Position numbers and translations under genes: made by a program
Shown here: positions 1 to 8,944 of the stretch, piece after piece
How the letters are laid out: each line of letters starts with the position of its first letter
Position numbering within the stretch: the stretch's first letter is position 1
Origin: Microgenomates group bacterium GW2011_GWF2_46_18
GTDB taxonomy: Bacteria > Patescibacteriota > Microgenomatia > UBA1400 > UBA12108
Length of the DNA: 64,000 nucleotides
Reading direction: 5' to 3'
NCBI GenBank assembly: GCA_001002415.1
Contig: LCMB01000005.1
Location: 13,621-77,620 of the forward strand
The notes under the pieces: model-generated
The model's input: the letters and a program-made list of their open reading frames with translations, nothing else
The model's database searches: none
Told to the model about the DNA's origin: nothing

Positions 1-762
1 TTTATCGTGCCAAGAAGGGTCATTTTCCATAAATGACACTCCCTTTCCCCCTACCGTATTCGCCACAATCATTACCGGCCCCCCCATCACTTCTTTTGCC
101 TGCGTTATAGCTTCCATTATTTTATCCGTTCTATTCCCCTCAATTTCCAAAACATGTAGTCCAAAGGCTTCGAGCCTGCCCGCAACCTCGCCATAAGTAG
201 CCACTTGTGCCACATAATTTTCAATTTGGATCCGATTACGATCCAAAATAAATATTAAGTTGTCCAGTTGCCTACGCACGGCCGTGTTAAATGCTTCCCA
301 TACCTGTCCCTCCTGAATTTCCCCATCCGACAACACACAGTACACCCGCGGCGTAGTCTTCTGCGACCTTTGCCCATATTGTATTTTCAAAGCCAGTGCC
401 ATTCCGACAGCCACCGATACTCCCTGTCCCAATGGTCCCGCCGAAACCTCCACTTCTGGCAAACTTCCTCGTTCTGGATGACCCGGTAATCTACTCCCAG
501 CCTGCATAAAAGTCTTTAATTCCGACCTAGGAAAATTCCCATTCCGTGCAAGGGCCGCATACATAATTGGACAATAATGTCCGCAGGACAACACAATTTT
601 GTCTTGAGCCAAATCAACTACGCCCCCAAAATAGAGAACGGAATATATCTCTCCCGCCGACAGTGGTCCCGCCACATGCCCTGCTTGAGCCGTATGTACC
701 ATCCGCAAAACATCCCCCCGCAACTGATTCGCCACTCTCTGTAAATCTAAGGCAGGACCCAT
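1..762 (-). CDS. Transketolase N-terminal (TPP-binding) subunit, 3'-truncated by window edge
   Basis: Manual translation from the ATG at 762: MGPALDLQRVANQLRGDVLRMVHTAQAGHVAGPLS... It contains the GH..., SAGPLGQG and SDGEIQEGQVWEA motifs. TATACT lies 6 nt upstream. Confidence 0.9.
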   Translation of the reverse strand, partial: MGPALDLQRVANQLRGDVLRMVHTAQAGHVAGPLSAGEIYSVLYFGGVVDLAQDKIVLSCGHYCPIMYAALARNGNFPRSELKTFMQAGSRLPGHPERGSLPEVEVSAGPLGQGVSVAVGMALALKIQYGQRSQKTTPRVYCVLSDGEIQEGQVWEAFNTAVRRQLDNLIFILDRNRIQIENYVAQVATYGEVAGRLEAFGLHVLEIEGNRTDKIMEAITQAKEVMGGPVMIVANTVGGKGVSFMENDPSWHDK

Positions 763-776
763 ATTTCCAGTATAAC

Positions 777-1397
777 CTAACTCATAAATGCCCGTTCCGT
801 ACAATGTCGGCAATGAGTATGGTCAATTTTATTCAAAGCCTCTTCCAATTTTTTCATCGTCGGCAAGATATCATCAATCCCATCCACAATTCTAAACACA
901 TCCATCTCCTTCGCATCGATTAATAAGTTGTCATGAATAGCTCCAATGATTCCTCGCCAAAATGACCCCACCAAAATAAAGGGTTTATGGTGACCATAAT
1001 ATAGTTTGGCCAACACCCAGGCAGTCCCCAACTCCGAAACTGTCCCTGTACCTCCTTTGAAAAACAAAAAAATATCGCTCTCTTCCATTAACCGATACAT
1101 TCGCTCAATATAGTTGTCTGTCCTAATCTCTTTATCCGTCACATTTGAAAGATATCGTCCTTCAAACCCCGACGCATGCTCTGGGTAAAACGTCACCGAT
1201 TCCGTTTTCCCCCCCACACTCTCCGCTCCTCGTGTAGCCGCATCCATCACTCCCGGACCCCCTCCATTTACCACAACATACCCTCTCTGTGCCAGTTTTT
1301 TCGCCGCCTGATACGCAGTTTGGTAGATCTGATTACTCGGCAAAACTGCCGCGTCTCCAAAGATCGCTACCTTCTTAAACTTTATTTTCTTGTCCAT
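777..1397 (-). CDS. LOG family (lysine decarboxylase-like) nucleotide phosphoribohydrolase
   Basis: NGGGPGVMDAATRGA and GGTGTVSEL motifs. Confidence 0.85.
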   Translation of the reverse strand: MDKKIKFKKVAIFGDAAVLPSNQIYQTAYQAAKKLAQRGYVVVNGGGPGVMDAATRGAESVGGKTESVTFYPEHASGFEGRYLSNVTDKEIRTDNYIERMYRLMEESDIFLFFKGGTGTVSELGTAWVLAKLYYGHHKPFILVGSFWRGIIGAIHDNLLIDAKEMDVFRIVDGIDDILPTMKKLEEALNKIDHTHCRHCTERAFMS

Positions 1398-1987
1398 TCT
1401 CCCCTCCACCAGGCACTATTCGCTCCCGCTTCACTGGCTCCTGCCTCAACCGCCAGTTTGTATGTCTCTTTGTTTATTCCCCCGTCTACCAAAACCGCTC
1501 CAGCATATCTTCTTCGTAACTCCCTAATCTTCGGTAGTACTCGCTCGTCAAACTTATTCCCACTAGTCCCAACCGGTACTGCCATTAGCAATATCACCTT
1601 ACATTTATCCAAAACTTCCCTCTCCAATTCTGTAACTGGTGTCCCTATCCCCAAAGCGAGTCCTCCGGTAATTCCCCAATTCTCAATTTCTGCCAAAAAT
1701 CCCATTTGTTCTCCCATTCGCTCGATTTGTCCAATTATTCTCTTTGGCTTAACTGTCGCGCACTCCCGAATCCACTCCATTGGATCGTCCACCAGCAAAT
1801 GAAAATCTATCTGCATTTTCCCCAAATCAGCTCCCCCTAAATCAGCTGGTGTAATTGACAATAATTCACTAAACAACCCATCCCCAATATCAAAATGAAC
1901 TTGCTCGATCTGTTGCTCCCTCAGTAGCTCCAGCTTGGCTTTAACCTCCCCCAGTTCCGACTCCATGATAATCGGCGTAATCATCAC
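1382..1987 (-). CDS. rpe: Ribulose-phosphate 3-epimerase
   Basis: HFDIGDG, DFHLLV and VDGGIN motifs; clustered with rpiB and transketolase. Confidence 0.88.
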   Translation of the reverse strand: MMITPIIMESELGEVKAKLELLREQQIEQVHFDIGDGLFSELLSITPADLGGADLGKMQIDFHLLVDDPMEWIRECATVKPKRIIGQIERMGEQMGFLAEIENWGITGGLALGIGTPVTELEREVLDKCKVILLMAVPVGTSGNKFDERVLPKIRELRRRYAGAVLVDGGINKETYKLAVEAGASEAGANSAWWRGEWTRK

Positions 1988-2433
1988 TGTCTTATTGCAA
2001 GATTTGCCAGTCTTGCTCTCCTTCGCACGTGTCTACTAGCCTCACTCTTTTCAGTCTGTAAGAACAACTCAACTCTGGTAATTGTCTCGTCTTTACTCAC
2101 CCAGTCCGCTGGTAAAACTAGCACATTTGCGTCTTCATCCTCTCTACCTTGAATTGTCACCTGATCATTAAACCCGACAATCGCCCGCACGTGGGAGAAA
2201 CGGTTTGCCACCATGTCAACTCCGTGACCACTCCCACAAAGGATAATTCCACGACTAGTTGTCCCATTCCCCTGAATCGACTCGGCAACTTTTAAAGCAA
2301 AGTCCACATAATCATCTTCCGGATCAAGCACATAGTTCCCCACATCCTCCACTTCATGCTCATTCTCTTGAAGCCAATTCTTTATCTCTTCCTTTAGCTC
2401 AAATCCCCGATGATCCGCCCCTATATATATCAT
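1984..2433 (-). CDS. rpiB: Ribose-5-phosphate isomerase B
   Basis: IGADHRGFELKE, CGSGHG and DANVLVL motifs. Confidence 0.92.
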   Translation of the reverse strand: MIYIGADHRGFELKEEIKNWLQENEHEVEDVGNYVLDPEDDYVDFALKVAESIQGNGTTSRGIILCGSGHGVDMVANRFSHVRAIVGFNDQVTIQGREDEDANVLVLPADWVSKDETITRVELFLQTEKSEASRHVRRRARLANLAIRQ

Positions 2434-2436
2434 GCT

Positions 2437-2952
2437 TTAATCATACCATTCCGGACTCACAAATCGGATTAATGCTGACAACACTATCTGCACATAAGCT
2501 TGCTTTCGATCCAATTGCCCTTTACTTAGCTTCCCAATTGCTCCCATTTTTTGTTTCACGTTACTCTCTCCCGTTAATTCATCCATAATCGGCCCCAACT
2601 CTCCTCCCTCTCTAATCTTCTCGGCCACTTTTCCCGGCAGTTCAAAATACAACCCTCCCCCAAATCCCTCTTCGCCCCGCTTATCTACCACACATGCCCA
2701 CGCACACTCAAACATTTTCCCGTCAATTTCAGTTACCCCTCCCTCGAGTCCCACCCCATATTCTCCCTGACCCAAAGCTGCCAAGGCCCGATTTCTTGCT
2801 CCCCTCTTCGTTTCTTCTTCACTTCTTGGCTGTTCCGCTACCCCACTGACTACCTCTTTCCCTTCAACTTCACATTCCGGCCAATATTTTTGGAAGGCCT
2901 CCATAACGGCCCCCACCTTAACTGGATTTGTACTTCCCACGGTTATTTTCAT
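2437..2952 (-). CDS. yjjX: Inosine/xanthosine triphosphatase (YjjX family)
   Basis: GSTNPVK, SGVAEQP, GARNRA, GLEGG and GAIG motifs. Confidence 0.9.
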   Translation of the reverse strand: MKITVGSTNPVKVGAVMEAFQKYWPECEVEGKEVVSGVAEQPRSEEETKRGARNRALAALGQGEYGVGLEGGVTEIDGKMFECAWACVVDKRGEEGFGGGLYFELPGKVAEKIREGGELGPIMDELTGESNVKQKMGAIGKLSKGQLDRKQAYVQIVLSALIRFVSPEWYD

Positions 2953-2956
2953 CTTG

Positions 2957-3253
2957 TTATCGCATCCCCAATTTTAGTTTTCCTTCTTCACTCATTCTAT
3001 CAACTGTCCAAACTGGTTCCCACACTAACTCAACCTCTATTTTCTTCGCTCCCAGCTTTGCCAAGGCTTTCTTAATTGTATCTTCAATCACTGGTGCTAG
3101 TGGGCATCCCGGCGTCGTCAGTGTCATTATCACCTTTATCTCGTTTTGAACTACCTTAACCTCATAGATTAACCCCAAGTCCACAATACTAATTCCTAAC
3201 TCTGGATCCATCACTTTTGTTAGTTGAATTAGTACTGTCTCTTTTCTAATCAT
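2957..3253 (-). CDS. DUF59/SufT metal-sulfur cluster assembly factor
   Basis: DPELGISIVDLGLIY, TLTTPGCP and WEPVWT motifs. Confidence 0.9.
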   Translation of the reverse strand: MIRKETVLIQLTKVMDPELGISIVDLGLIYEVKVVQNEIKVIMTLTTPGCPLAPVIEDTIKKALAKLGAKKIEVELVWEPVWTVDRMSEEGKLKLGMR

Positions 3254-3261
3254 GCGTTGTG

Positions 3262-3271
3262 ATTATACAAT
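3262..3271. promoter_or_regulatory. Overlapping divergent -10 boxes (bidirectional leaderless promoter)
   Basis: Minus-strand TATAAT at 3262-3267 is 8 nt from ATG 3253. Plus-strand TACAAT at 3266-3271 is 6 nt from ATG 3278. The intergenic gap is only 24 bp. Confidence 0.65.
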
Positions 3272-3277
3272 CTATCT

Positions 3278-4399
3278 ATGTCTCTCCCCAACCAAGCTCA
3301 AAAAATTACTCTTAACTCACTGAGGAAATGTTATCGCGACTACGGGATCATTGCTGGCCCTCACCACTTCACCGATTATTGGGCTCGTGATGGTTTTTTT
3401 GCGGCTTTCGGCGCCCTCTCGGTCGGTGATGACCAAATTGTTCGACAAATGCTTAAGCTTTTCTTCACTCACCAACGTCGAGACGGGTTGATTCCCTATC
3501 GTCTCATGCGTGGACCAGTCACACTTGGCAAATATCTCGGCTTTCCCAAATATTATTCTCAACCTCGTCCCACCTATCGATTGCGCGGACTAGGACCCGA
3601 GGTCCTCGATGGCACTACCCTCACTCTTCTTTTTACCGCACTGCTTCAGGAAAAATCTTTTCTCCCTCAAATTAAACTTGCTCTCCAATATCTCATAACC
3701 CGTGAAAAACACGGACTCCTTTGGGACGGACCTATGGCGGAATGGAACGATATTATTTGGAAATGGGGTAATCTTCTCTATTCCAATATAATTTACTGGT
3801 ACATGTACGATCGTTTGGCCAGCTGGACCAATAGTTTTGATCCCACCTGGAGTCGAACTCTTATTCGTAAGCGTGATTCCCTTGCTCACTCGCTCCGTTC
3901 TCGTCTCTGGAACGGCCATTACTTTGCCGATTGGCACGATCACTGCCGACAGGATTATTTTTATCCTTTCGGCAACTGCCTAGCCATCGCTTGGGGACTA
4001 ACTGCCCCCGCCGAATCAGATTCCATTCTTGCCCATTGTCAAAAATCCTCTACTCAATTTACTCTTCCCACCAATACTCCCAACTACCCATGGTGGAGAG
4101 TTGATTTTCTTCAAAGACTAACCATGATGGGTGACTATCAAAACAACCATGTTCTCTGGTGGCAACCAATAGCTACCTATCTAGCCGCCCTCAAACATCA
4201 AAACAAAACTCGCCAAGTAAAATCCGTTACCACCCAAATTACCACAAAAATCCTTTATGATCAGACTATTTACGAATGTTTTGAACCCAATGGAAAACCA
4301 CTTAAACGTTTTTTCTATCAAGCCGAACAACCCTTCGCCTGGGCTTCCGGTCTTATTCTTTGGTCGTTAGCATATAATACTCAGCATGATAAGATCTAA
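3278..4399 (+). CDS. Six-hairpin glycosidase (amylo-alpha-1,6-glucosidase-like)
   Basis: N-terminal YWARDGFF motif, EWND, and C-terminal QPFAWASG, typical of (alpha/alpha)6 glycosidases. Confidence 0.7.
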   Translation: MSLPNQAQKITLNSLRKCYRDYGIIAGPHHFTDYWARDGFFAAFGALSVGDDQIVRQMLKLFFTHQRRDGLIPYRLMRGPVTLGKYLGFPKYYSQPRPTYRLRGLGPEVLDGTTLTLLFTALLQEKSFLPQIKLALQYLITREKHGLLWDGPMAEWNDIIWKWGNLLYSNIIYWYMYDRLASWTNSFDPTWSRTLIRKRDSLAHSLRSRLWNGHYFADWHDHCRQDYFYPFGNCLAIAWGLTAPAESDSILAHCQKSSTQFTLPTNTPNYPWWRVDFLQRLTMMGDYQNNHVLWWQPIATYLAALKHQNKTRQVKSVTTQITTKILYDQTIYECFEPNGKPLKRFFYQAEQPFAWASGLILWSLAYNTQHDKI

Positions 4400-5204
4400 A
4401 CCCTTTTTCTCCATCATTATTCCAGCTCTGAACGAGGTCAAATATCTCCCCCACCTATTGGAAGACCTCACCTCTCAAACTTTTCGCGACTTCGAAGTCC
4501 TTGTCGTTGATGGACACTCTCGGGATCAAACAGTTGCCAAAGCCAAGCTCTTTGCTCGACGCCTCCCCCACTTAACTATTCTTCAAAGTCCCCAACCCCA
4601 CGTCTGTGTTCAACGTAACCTTGGTGCCAAAAAAGCTCACTCCGAGATCCTAGTCTTTCTGGATGCCGACAATTCTCTTCCCTCCTATTTTCTCCAAGGC
4701 CTCAAATACCGCTGGGAAAGTAGTCACGTCGACATCCTCGCCTGTTGGTTCAAGCCTGATATTATGAAGCCCAGTAATGAAACTATCGCGACAGCCGTCA
4801 ATCTCTTCCTCGAGCTCCAACACACTCTCAAACCCACCTATTTACTTGAGTCCATGTTTGCGATCACCAAATCTTGTTTTCAAACTATCGGCGGTTTTGA
4901 TGAAAGTGTTAACTACGCCGAAGGTAAATCTCTTATTCAATCAGCCATCTCTCACGGTTATACCTCCAAAGTAGTCCGTGATCCCGTCTACACCTACTCC
5001 TTCCGTCGCCTGCGCAAGTTTGGCGTTCTTAGCATGGCCAACCGGATTGCCAAAATGGAACTCTCAGCTCTTCTTAACCAAGACCTCTCCAAAACCAAAT
5101 TCACCGACCTCTACCCCATGCAAGGAGGTTCTTTCTTTCACCAATCCGCCCGTGCCCGCTCGCGCTTCCTCACCAACATCACCAAGCTTCTCAAAAATCT
5201 CTAA
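4386..5204 (+). CDS. Glycosyltransferase family 2
   Basis: SIIIPALNE, VVDGHSRD, FLDAD and GGFDE motifs. Confidence 0.9.
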   Translation: MIRSKPFFSIIIPALNEVKYLPHLLEDLTSQTFRDFEVLVVDGHSRDQTVAKAKLFARRLPHLTILQSPQPHVCVQRNLGAKKAHSEILVFLDADNSLPSYFLQGLKYRWESSHVDILACWFKPDIMKPSNETIATAVNLFLELQHTLKPTYLLESMFAITKSCFQTIGGFDESVNYAEGKSLIQSAISHGYTSKVVRDPVYTYSFRRLRKFGVLSMANRIAKMELSALLNQDLSKTKFTDLYPMQGGSFFHQSARARSRFLTNITKLLKNL

Positions 5205-5269
5205 TTCTCCCAAAAAACCAGCCCCTTCCCTACCATTAGTAGAGTCAGATGCTGGTCTTTCGTGCTTGG

Positions 5270-5467
5270 TTAAGCTTTTTTCAAAACCGGCATGCCGGTA
5301 CGTTTCGTCTCAATTACCATGTAACCACCAGGAACATCATTCAATGCTTCTGGACGTACATCACGAGCGAAATAATAGATCTGTTGGGTGCGGCCATTTT
5401 TCAGAGTCACTTTCTTGCCGTGGAGGTAGTAGGTATCACCCTTGCTGTTTGTGTATGAATATGCCAT
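5270..5467 (-). CDS. Small basic hypothetical protein (65 aa)
   Basis: MAYSYTNSKGDTYYLH...; preceded by a strong purine-rich RBS (GAGGAAGGGGGTGA) and a canonical promoter. Confidence 0.8.
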   Translation of the reverse strand: MAYSYTNSKGDTYYLHGKKVTLKNGRTQQIYYFARDVRPEALNDVPGGYMVIETKRTGMPVLKKA

Positions 5468-5491
5468 TGTTGCTTCACCCCCTTCCTCAAG

Positions 5492-5540
5492 TAACCAGAT
5501 ATCTACCTCTGGTTATACCCTGGTCACCTAAGCTTGTCAA
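5492..5540 (-). promoter_or_regulatory. Sigma70 promoter TTGACA-17-TATAAC overlapped by an inverted repeat
   Basis: -35 at 5535-5540 and -10 at 5512-5517. TAACCAGA (5492-5499) and TCTGGTTA (5508-5515) form an inverted repeat. Confidence 0.7.
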
Positions 5541-5585
5541 TAGACCTCTAATCTGGAAAACTGCCGCTCACTGCTACAAACAATG

Positions 5586-6215
5586 TCACTCTTTAGTTAG
5601 TTCCGCTATTCTAGCCTCCAACTGGGTAAACTCCGTCTTTATCCCATTCACAAAGAAAGTAGGCGTTCCGGTCAACCGATATCGTGTTGCCGCCAACAAG
5701 TCGTTCGCTACCACCTGTTTGGTCTGATCACTCTCCAAGTCGCTCACAAATTTTTCCTTCTCCATCCCGATCTTTCCTGCATATTCGCTTAGTTTCTCTC
5801 TTGGATCAGTCAGTTCCGCCCATTCAGTTTGTTTCTCAAACAATAAGTCATGCATTTCCCAAAATTTACCCTGTTGGTAAGCTGCTTCCGTTGCTCGCGC
5901 AGCAATTTGGGCATTTTTGTGAATGTTGCTTAGGGGGAAATGGCGGTAAACCATGGTAATTTTATCTTGATATTTTAGTAGTATTGCCGTCAATGGTTCC
6001 TGCACTGCCCGACAAGCCGGGCACTGGAAATCACTAAACTCAACCAGGATTATATTTCCGCTTCCTTCCTTGTACCTCATTTCTCCGGCAATCTCCGCAA
6101 TCGGCTTTTCTTCCTGCTGTCCAAAGTTCCATAGTAGTCCCCCCACTCCCAACATTACCCCAACAGTTATCACTAAGAACGTAATTATGGTTCTAGTATT
6201 CATAGTGGTGGCCAA
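5586..6215 (-). CDS. Membrane-anchored DsbA/thioredoxin-fold protein
   Basis: N-terminal TM segment, EFSDFQCPAC, RHFPL and GTPTFFVNG. The start may be 6203. Confidence 0.9.
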   Translation of the reverse strand: MATTMNTRTIITFLVITVGVMLGVGGLLWNFGQQEEKPIAEIAGEMRYKEGSGNIILVEFSDFQCPACRAVQEPLTAILLKYQDKITMVYRHFPLSNIHKNAQIAARATEAAYQQGKFWEMHDLLFEKQTEWAELTDPREKLSEYAGKIGMEKEKFVSDLESDQTKQVVANDLLAATRYRLTGTPTFFVNGIKTEFTQLEARIAELTKE

Positions 6216-6451
6216 AGTCTTTTATCCCCTTCCCAGATCTCTATTGCTCCCGTTGGACAGCTTTGAGCCGCCAACATGATATTGTCTGGTTCATCCTTCC
6301 CTTTTTCGATTATCTCGACCAAATTCTCTTCATTTAGTTTAAATATATTGGGGGCAATCGCCACACACGATGCTGCCGCAATACACTTGGATTGGATTGC
6401 CTTCACGCTATATTTTCCTATTTGTCTCACAATTTTTACGTCATCGCTCAT
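6200..6451 (-). CDS. Ferredoxin, probably [3Fe-4S]
   Basis: CIAAASC...AAQSCPTGAI; the second Cys of CxxCxxC is replaced by Ala. Confidence 0.85.
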   Translation of the reverse strand: MSDDVKIVRQIGKYSVKAIQSKCIAAASCVAIAPNIFKLNEENLVEIIEKGKDEPDNIMLAAQSCPTGAIEIWEGDKRLWPPL

Positions 6452-6611
6452 ACTTGTTCCTTGCATGGTCCCGCTCACGAGCTTCTATAATACCACGACA
6501 AATCGGGCAATACCGCGGGCTCGGTAACCCTCTACTTTTGTACAATTTTTGCTCTTCTTTGGACCACACAAACCCCTGGGTACAATTCTGACATTTTATA
6601 ATCTCTTCCAT
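6441..6611 (-). CDS. Small zinc-ribbon protein
   Basis: CQNC...FVWSKEEQKLY..RG...P.YCPICR; RBS AAGGAAGGA. Confidence 0.8.
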   Translation of the reverse strand: MEEIIKCQNCTQGFVWSKEEQKLYKSRGLPSPRYCPICRGIIEARERDHARNKYER

Positions 6612-6621
6612 TCCTTCCTTT

Positions 6622-7335
6622 CTAACTAAACTTTTCATGGTAAATATCTTCCCTCTTCATTCCGAGCTCTTCCAGTTTAGCCGCAATCTCTATAACTACC
6701 GCTTGTCTCCCGCACACATACGCTTCCCATTGGGTTAGTCCCTGAGGAAAATCACGCATTAAACAATCCTGAACATGCCCACTACACAATTCCCATTTTT
6801 CGCTTGGCTTCGACAAGACTATGTCAAACACAAAATTTGGGTACGTTTCTGCCAATCTTTCCAAGTTATCGACCCAAAACAAATCTTCTTCGCTGCGCAT
6901 CCCCCAATGCAACCTCATTTGTCTTCTTTCGTGCTTGTTAATTAATAGATCGTTGATCATACTCCACAAAGGCACAATTCCCGACCCCGTTGCTACAAAC
7001 AACAGGTTGTTGTTTCGCAACTCCGTCTTCTGAATTACAAATTGTCCCAACGGAGCCAAAATTTCCACTTCTTCACCCAACTTTATCTTCTGTAAATATG
7101 TACTTCCCACTCCCCCTGGTACCATCTCCGCCACCAAGTTAATTCCGTGTTCATTGTCTGGAGTCGATGCAATGGAGTAACTCCGCCTCATCCCTCGCTC
7201 ATCTACTCTCAAAGACGCATACTGCCCCGCGGTAAAGCTGATTCTATCCGGCTTAGTTAATTCCAATTTAATCAGCCAAAAATGCTGATTCTCGGTCAAA
7301 TATATTTTTTCACTCACCCGCGCGATATATTTCAT
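6622..7335 (-). CDS. FAD/NAD(P)-dependent oxidoreductase (ferredoxin-NADP reductase-like)
   Basis: RRSYSIAS, GGVGSTYL, ATGSGIVP, YVCG and terminal EKF. Start placed at MKYIAR, which has TACAAT 6 nt upstream. Confidence 0.88.
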   Translation of the reverse strand: MKYIARVSEKIYLTENQHFWLIKLELTKPDRISFTAGQYASLRVDERGMRRSYSIASTPDNEHGINLVAEMVPGGVGSTYLQKIKLGEEVEILAPLGQFVIQKTELRNNNLLFVATGSGIVPLWSMINDLLINKHERRQMRLHWGMRSEEDLFWVDNLERLAETYPNFVFDIVLSKPSEKWELCSGHVQDCLMRDFPQGLTQWEAYVCGRQAVVIEIAAKLEELGMKREDIYHEKFS

Positions 7336-7382
7336 GTTGCTATTGTACCTCAAACCTTCTTCCCCCCTGATACAATACGCTC

Positions 7383-8468
7383 ATGCAAATTCTCTCGCAA
7401 AATGACCCGCTCGCAATTTCCTTAGCTTGTCAGGCCCTCTCCCGTGGGGAGCTTATCATCTATCCGACCGAAACCTGTTATGGTCTTGGTGCCGATCCTA
7501 CTAACCCCCAAGCTATCACCCAACTCCTTGCCTACAAAGGTGATCGCCATCGCCAAGTCGCCATCGCCGTCGCGAGTCGCGCCATGGCCGAACAATTTGT
7601 TGAGCTTAACCCAATTGCCGATAATCTCTACACTCACTTCCTTCCCGGCCCGATCACCGTCATTTCCCAATCCCGTCACCGCTTAGACAAGCGGCTAGAA
7701 TCAGCCACCGGAACTCTCGGCGTTCGCCTCCCCAACTTCCCCCTCACCTTGGCTTTGCTTCAACAATTTGGTCGCCCCCTTACCGCTACCAGCGCCAATA
7801 CCAGCGGCAAAAAAGAACCTTACTCCCGTTCTGATTGGCAGAAATACACTACTTCGTCCAAACAGTCACACGTTTCCCTCTTCCTCGACGCTGGCTCCCT
7901 TGCTAATCGTCCGACCAGTACCGTGGTCGACACCACTCTCAACGAACCCCAAATTCTTCGTCAGGGTCAGCTCATCATTCCCGCTCTTTCTCCCTCCCTT
8001 ATTTCCCACTCAGCCAAACAAACTCAGCAATTTGCCCAAACTATTCTATCAACTCACCTTGCTCTAACTCGCCGTCTCCCGCTCATTCTCGCACTCCAGG
8101 GAGAACTCGGTGTTGGTAAAACTCAGTTTTGTAAAGGACTCGCCCACGAACTAGGTATTCACTCCGTCCTCTCTTCCCCAACCTATACTCTCCTCAAAGA
8201 ATATCCCTACCACACTTCTAAATATCAAGGTGTTCTCTATCACATCGATACTTGGCGGCTCCCCGACGTTACCGAACTAGAATCCTCTCTCCATCTTTCT
8301 CAACTCTTAAAACCCGGCAGTATTCTCGCCATCGAATGGGCCGGCAAAGCCAAAAAAATCCTTCATTCATACGAAAAAGAAATTCCAATTCTAGTGATCA
8401 ATATTAAAGAATTAGACGAGAATACCCGCCAAATTACTTACGCCTTTTCCTCTCCTGAATGGAACTAG
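7383..8468 (+). CDS. tsaC-tsaE: Fused TsaC (Sua5/YrdC) - TsaE t6A biosynthesis protein
   Basis: N-half has PTETCYGL, PGPIT, TATSANTSG and STVVD. C-half has GELGVGKT, SSPTY, YHIDTWRL and IEW. Confidence 0.88.
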   Translation: MQILSQNDPLAISLACQALSRGELIIYPTETCYGLGADPTNPQAITQLLAYKGDRHRQVAIAVASRAMAEQFVELNPIADNLYTHFLPGPITVISQSRHRLDKRLESATGTLGVRLPNFPLTLALLQQFGRPLTATSANTSGKKEPYSRSDWQKYTTSSKQSHVSLFLDAGSLANRPTSTVVDTTLNEPQILRQGQLIIPALSPSLISHSAKQTQQFAQTILSTHLALTRRLPLILALQGELGVGKTQFCKGLAHELGIHSVLSSPTYTLLKEYPYHTSKYQGVLYHIDTWRLPDVTELESSLHLSQLLKPGSILAIEWAGKAKKILHSYEKEIPILVINIKELDENTRQITYAFSSPEWN

Positions 8469-8830
8469 AGCTTATACTTTTCTAGAGTTTGTTGGAGTTT
8501 TTGCGGATCCCCTTTTGTTGGATTTGGATTGCTAATTTTCCCTACCTTTAAGTGAATATGGGCGTGGGGAACTTGCCAGCCATCAATATTTGATCGGACA
8601 ATATCCCTTGATACCTCACGGAAATGTCGTGCAATTTTCCCGACCACCTCAAAATACTCTCCCAATTCCTCCACCTCCCACACCCACTCTACATGCTTCT
8701 TCGGGATTACCAATGTGTGCCCTTCTGCGGATGGGTATATATCCAAAAAAGCCAAGTATTTTTCGTCCTCATAAATTTTATAACTTGGGATCTCCCCCGC
8801 CACAATTTTACAAAACACACATTCGGTCAT
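8465..8830 (-). CDS. HIT family nucleotide hydrolase
   Basis: CVFCKI, GHTLVIPKKH and VPHAHIHL. Start at MTEC, with TATACT 6 nt upstream. Confidence 0.92.
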   Translation of the reverse strand: MTECVFCKIVAGEIPSYKIYEDEKYLAFLDIYPSAEGHTLVIPKKHVEWVWEVEELGEYFEVVGKIARHFREVSRDIVRSNIDGWQVPHAHIHLKVGKISNPNPTKGDPQKLQQTLEKYKL

Positions 8831-8846
8831 ACGTATAGTATAGCGA

Positions 8847-8926
8847 CAAGCAGAACAATTTTCAGCGCGGAACCATCCATCTGGGTAGCCAGATGACGAT
8901 GTGAGCACTGCAAAATGTGATGTTTG
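8847..8926. other. ~80-nt imperfect intergenic hairpin between divergent promoters
   Basis: Nested pairing: CAAGCA/TGTTTG, ATTTT/AAAAT, CAG/CTG, CATC/GATG and CATCTGG-GTAG-CCAGATG. Confidence 0.5.
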
Positions 8927-8944
8927 GCGCTAAAATACCTCAAC

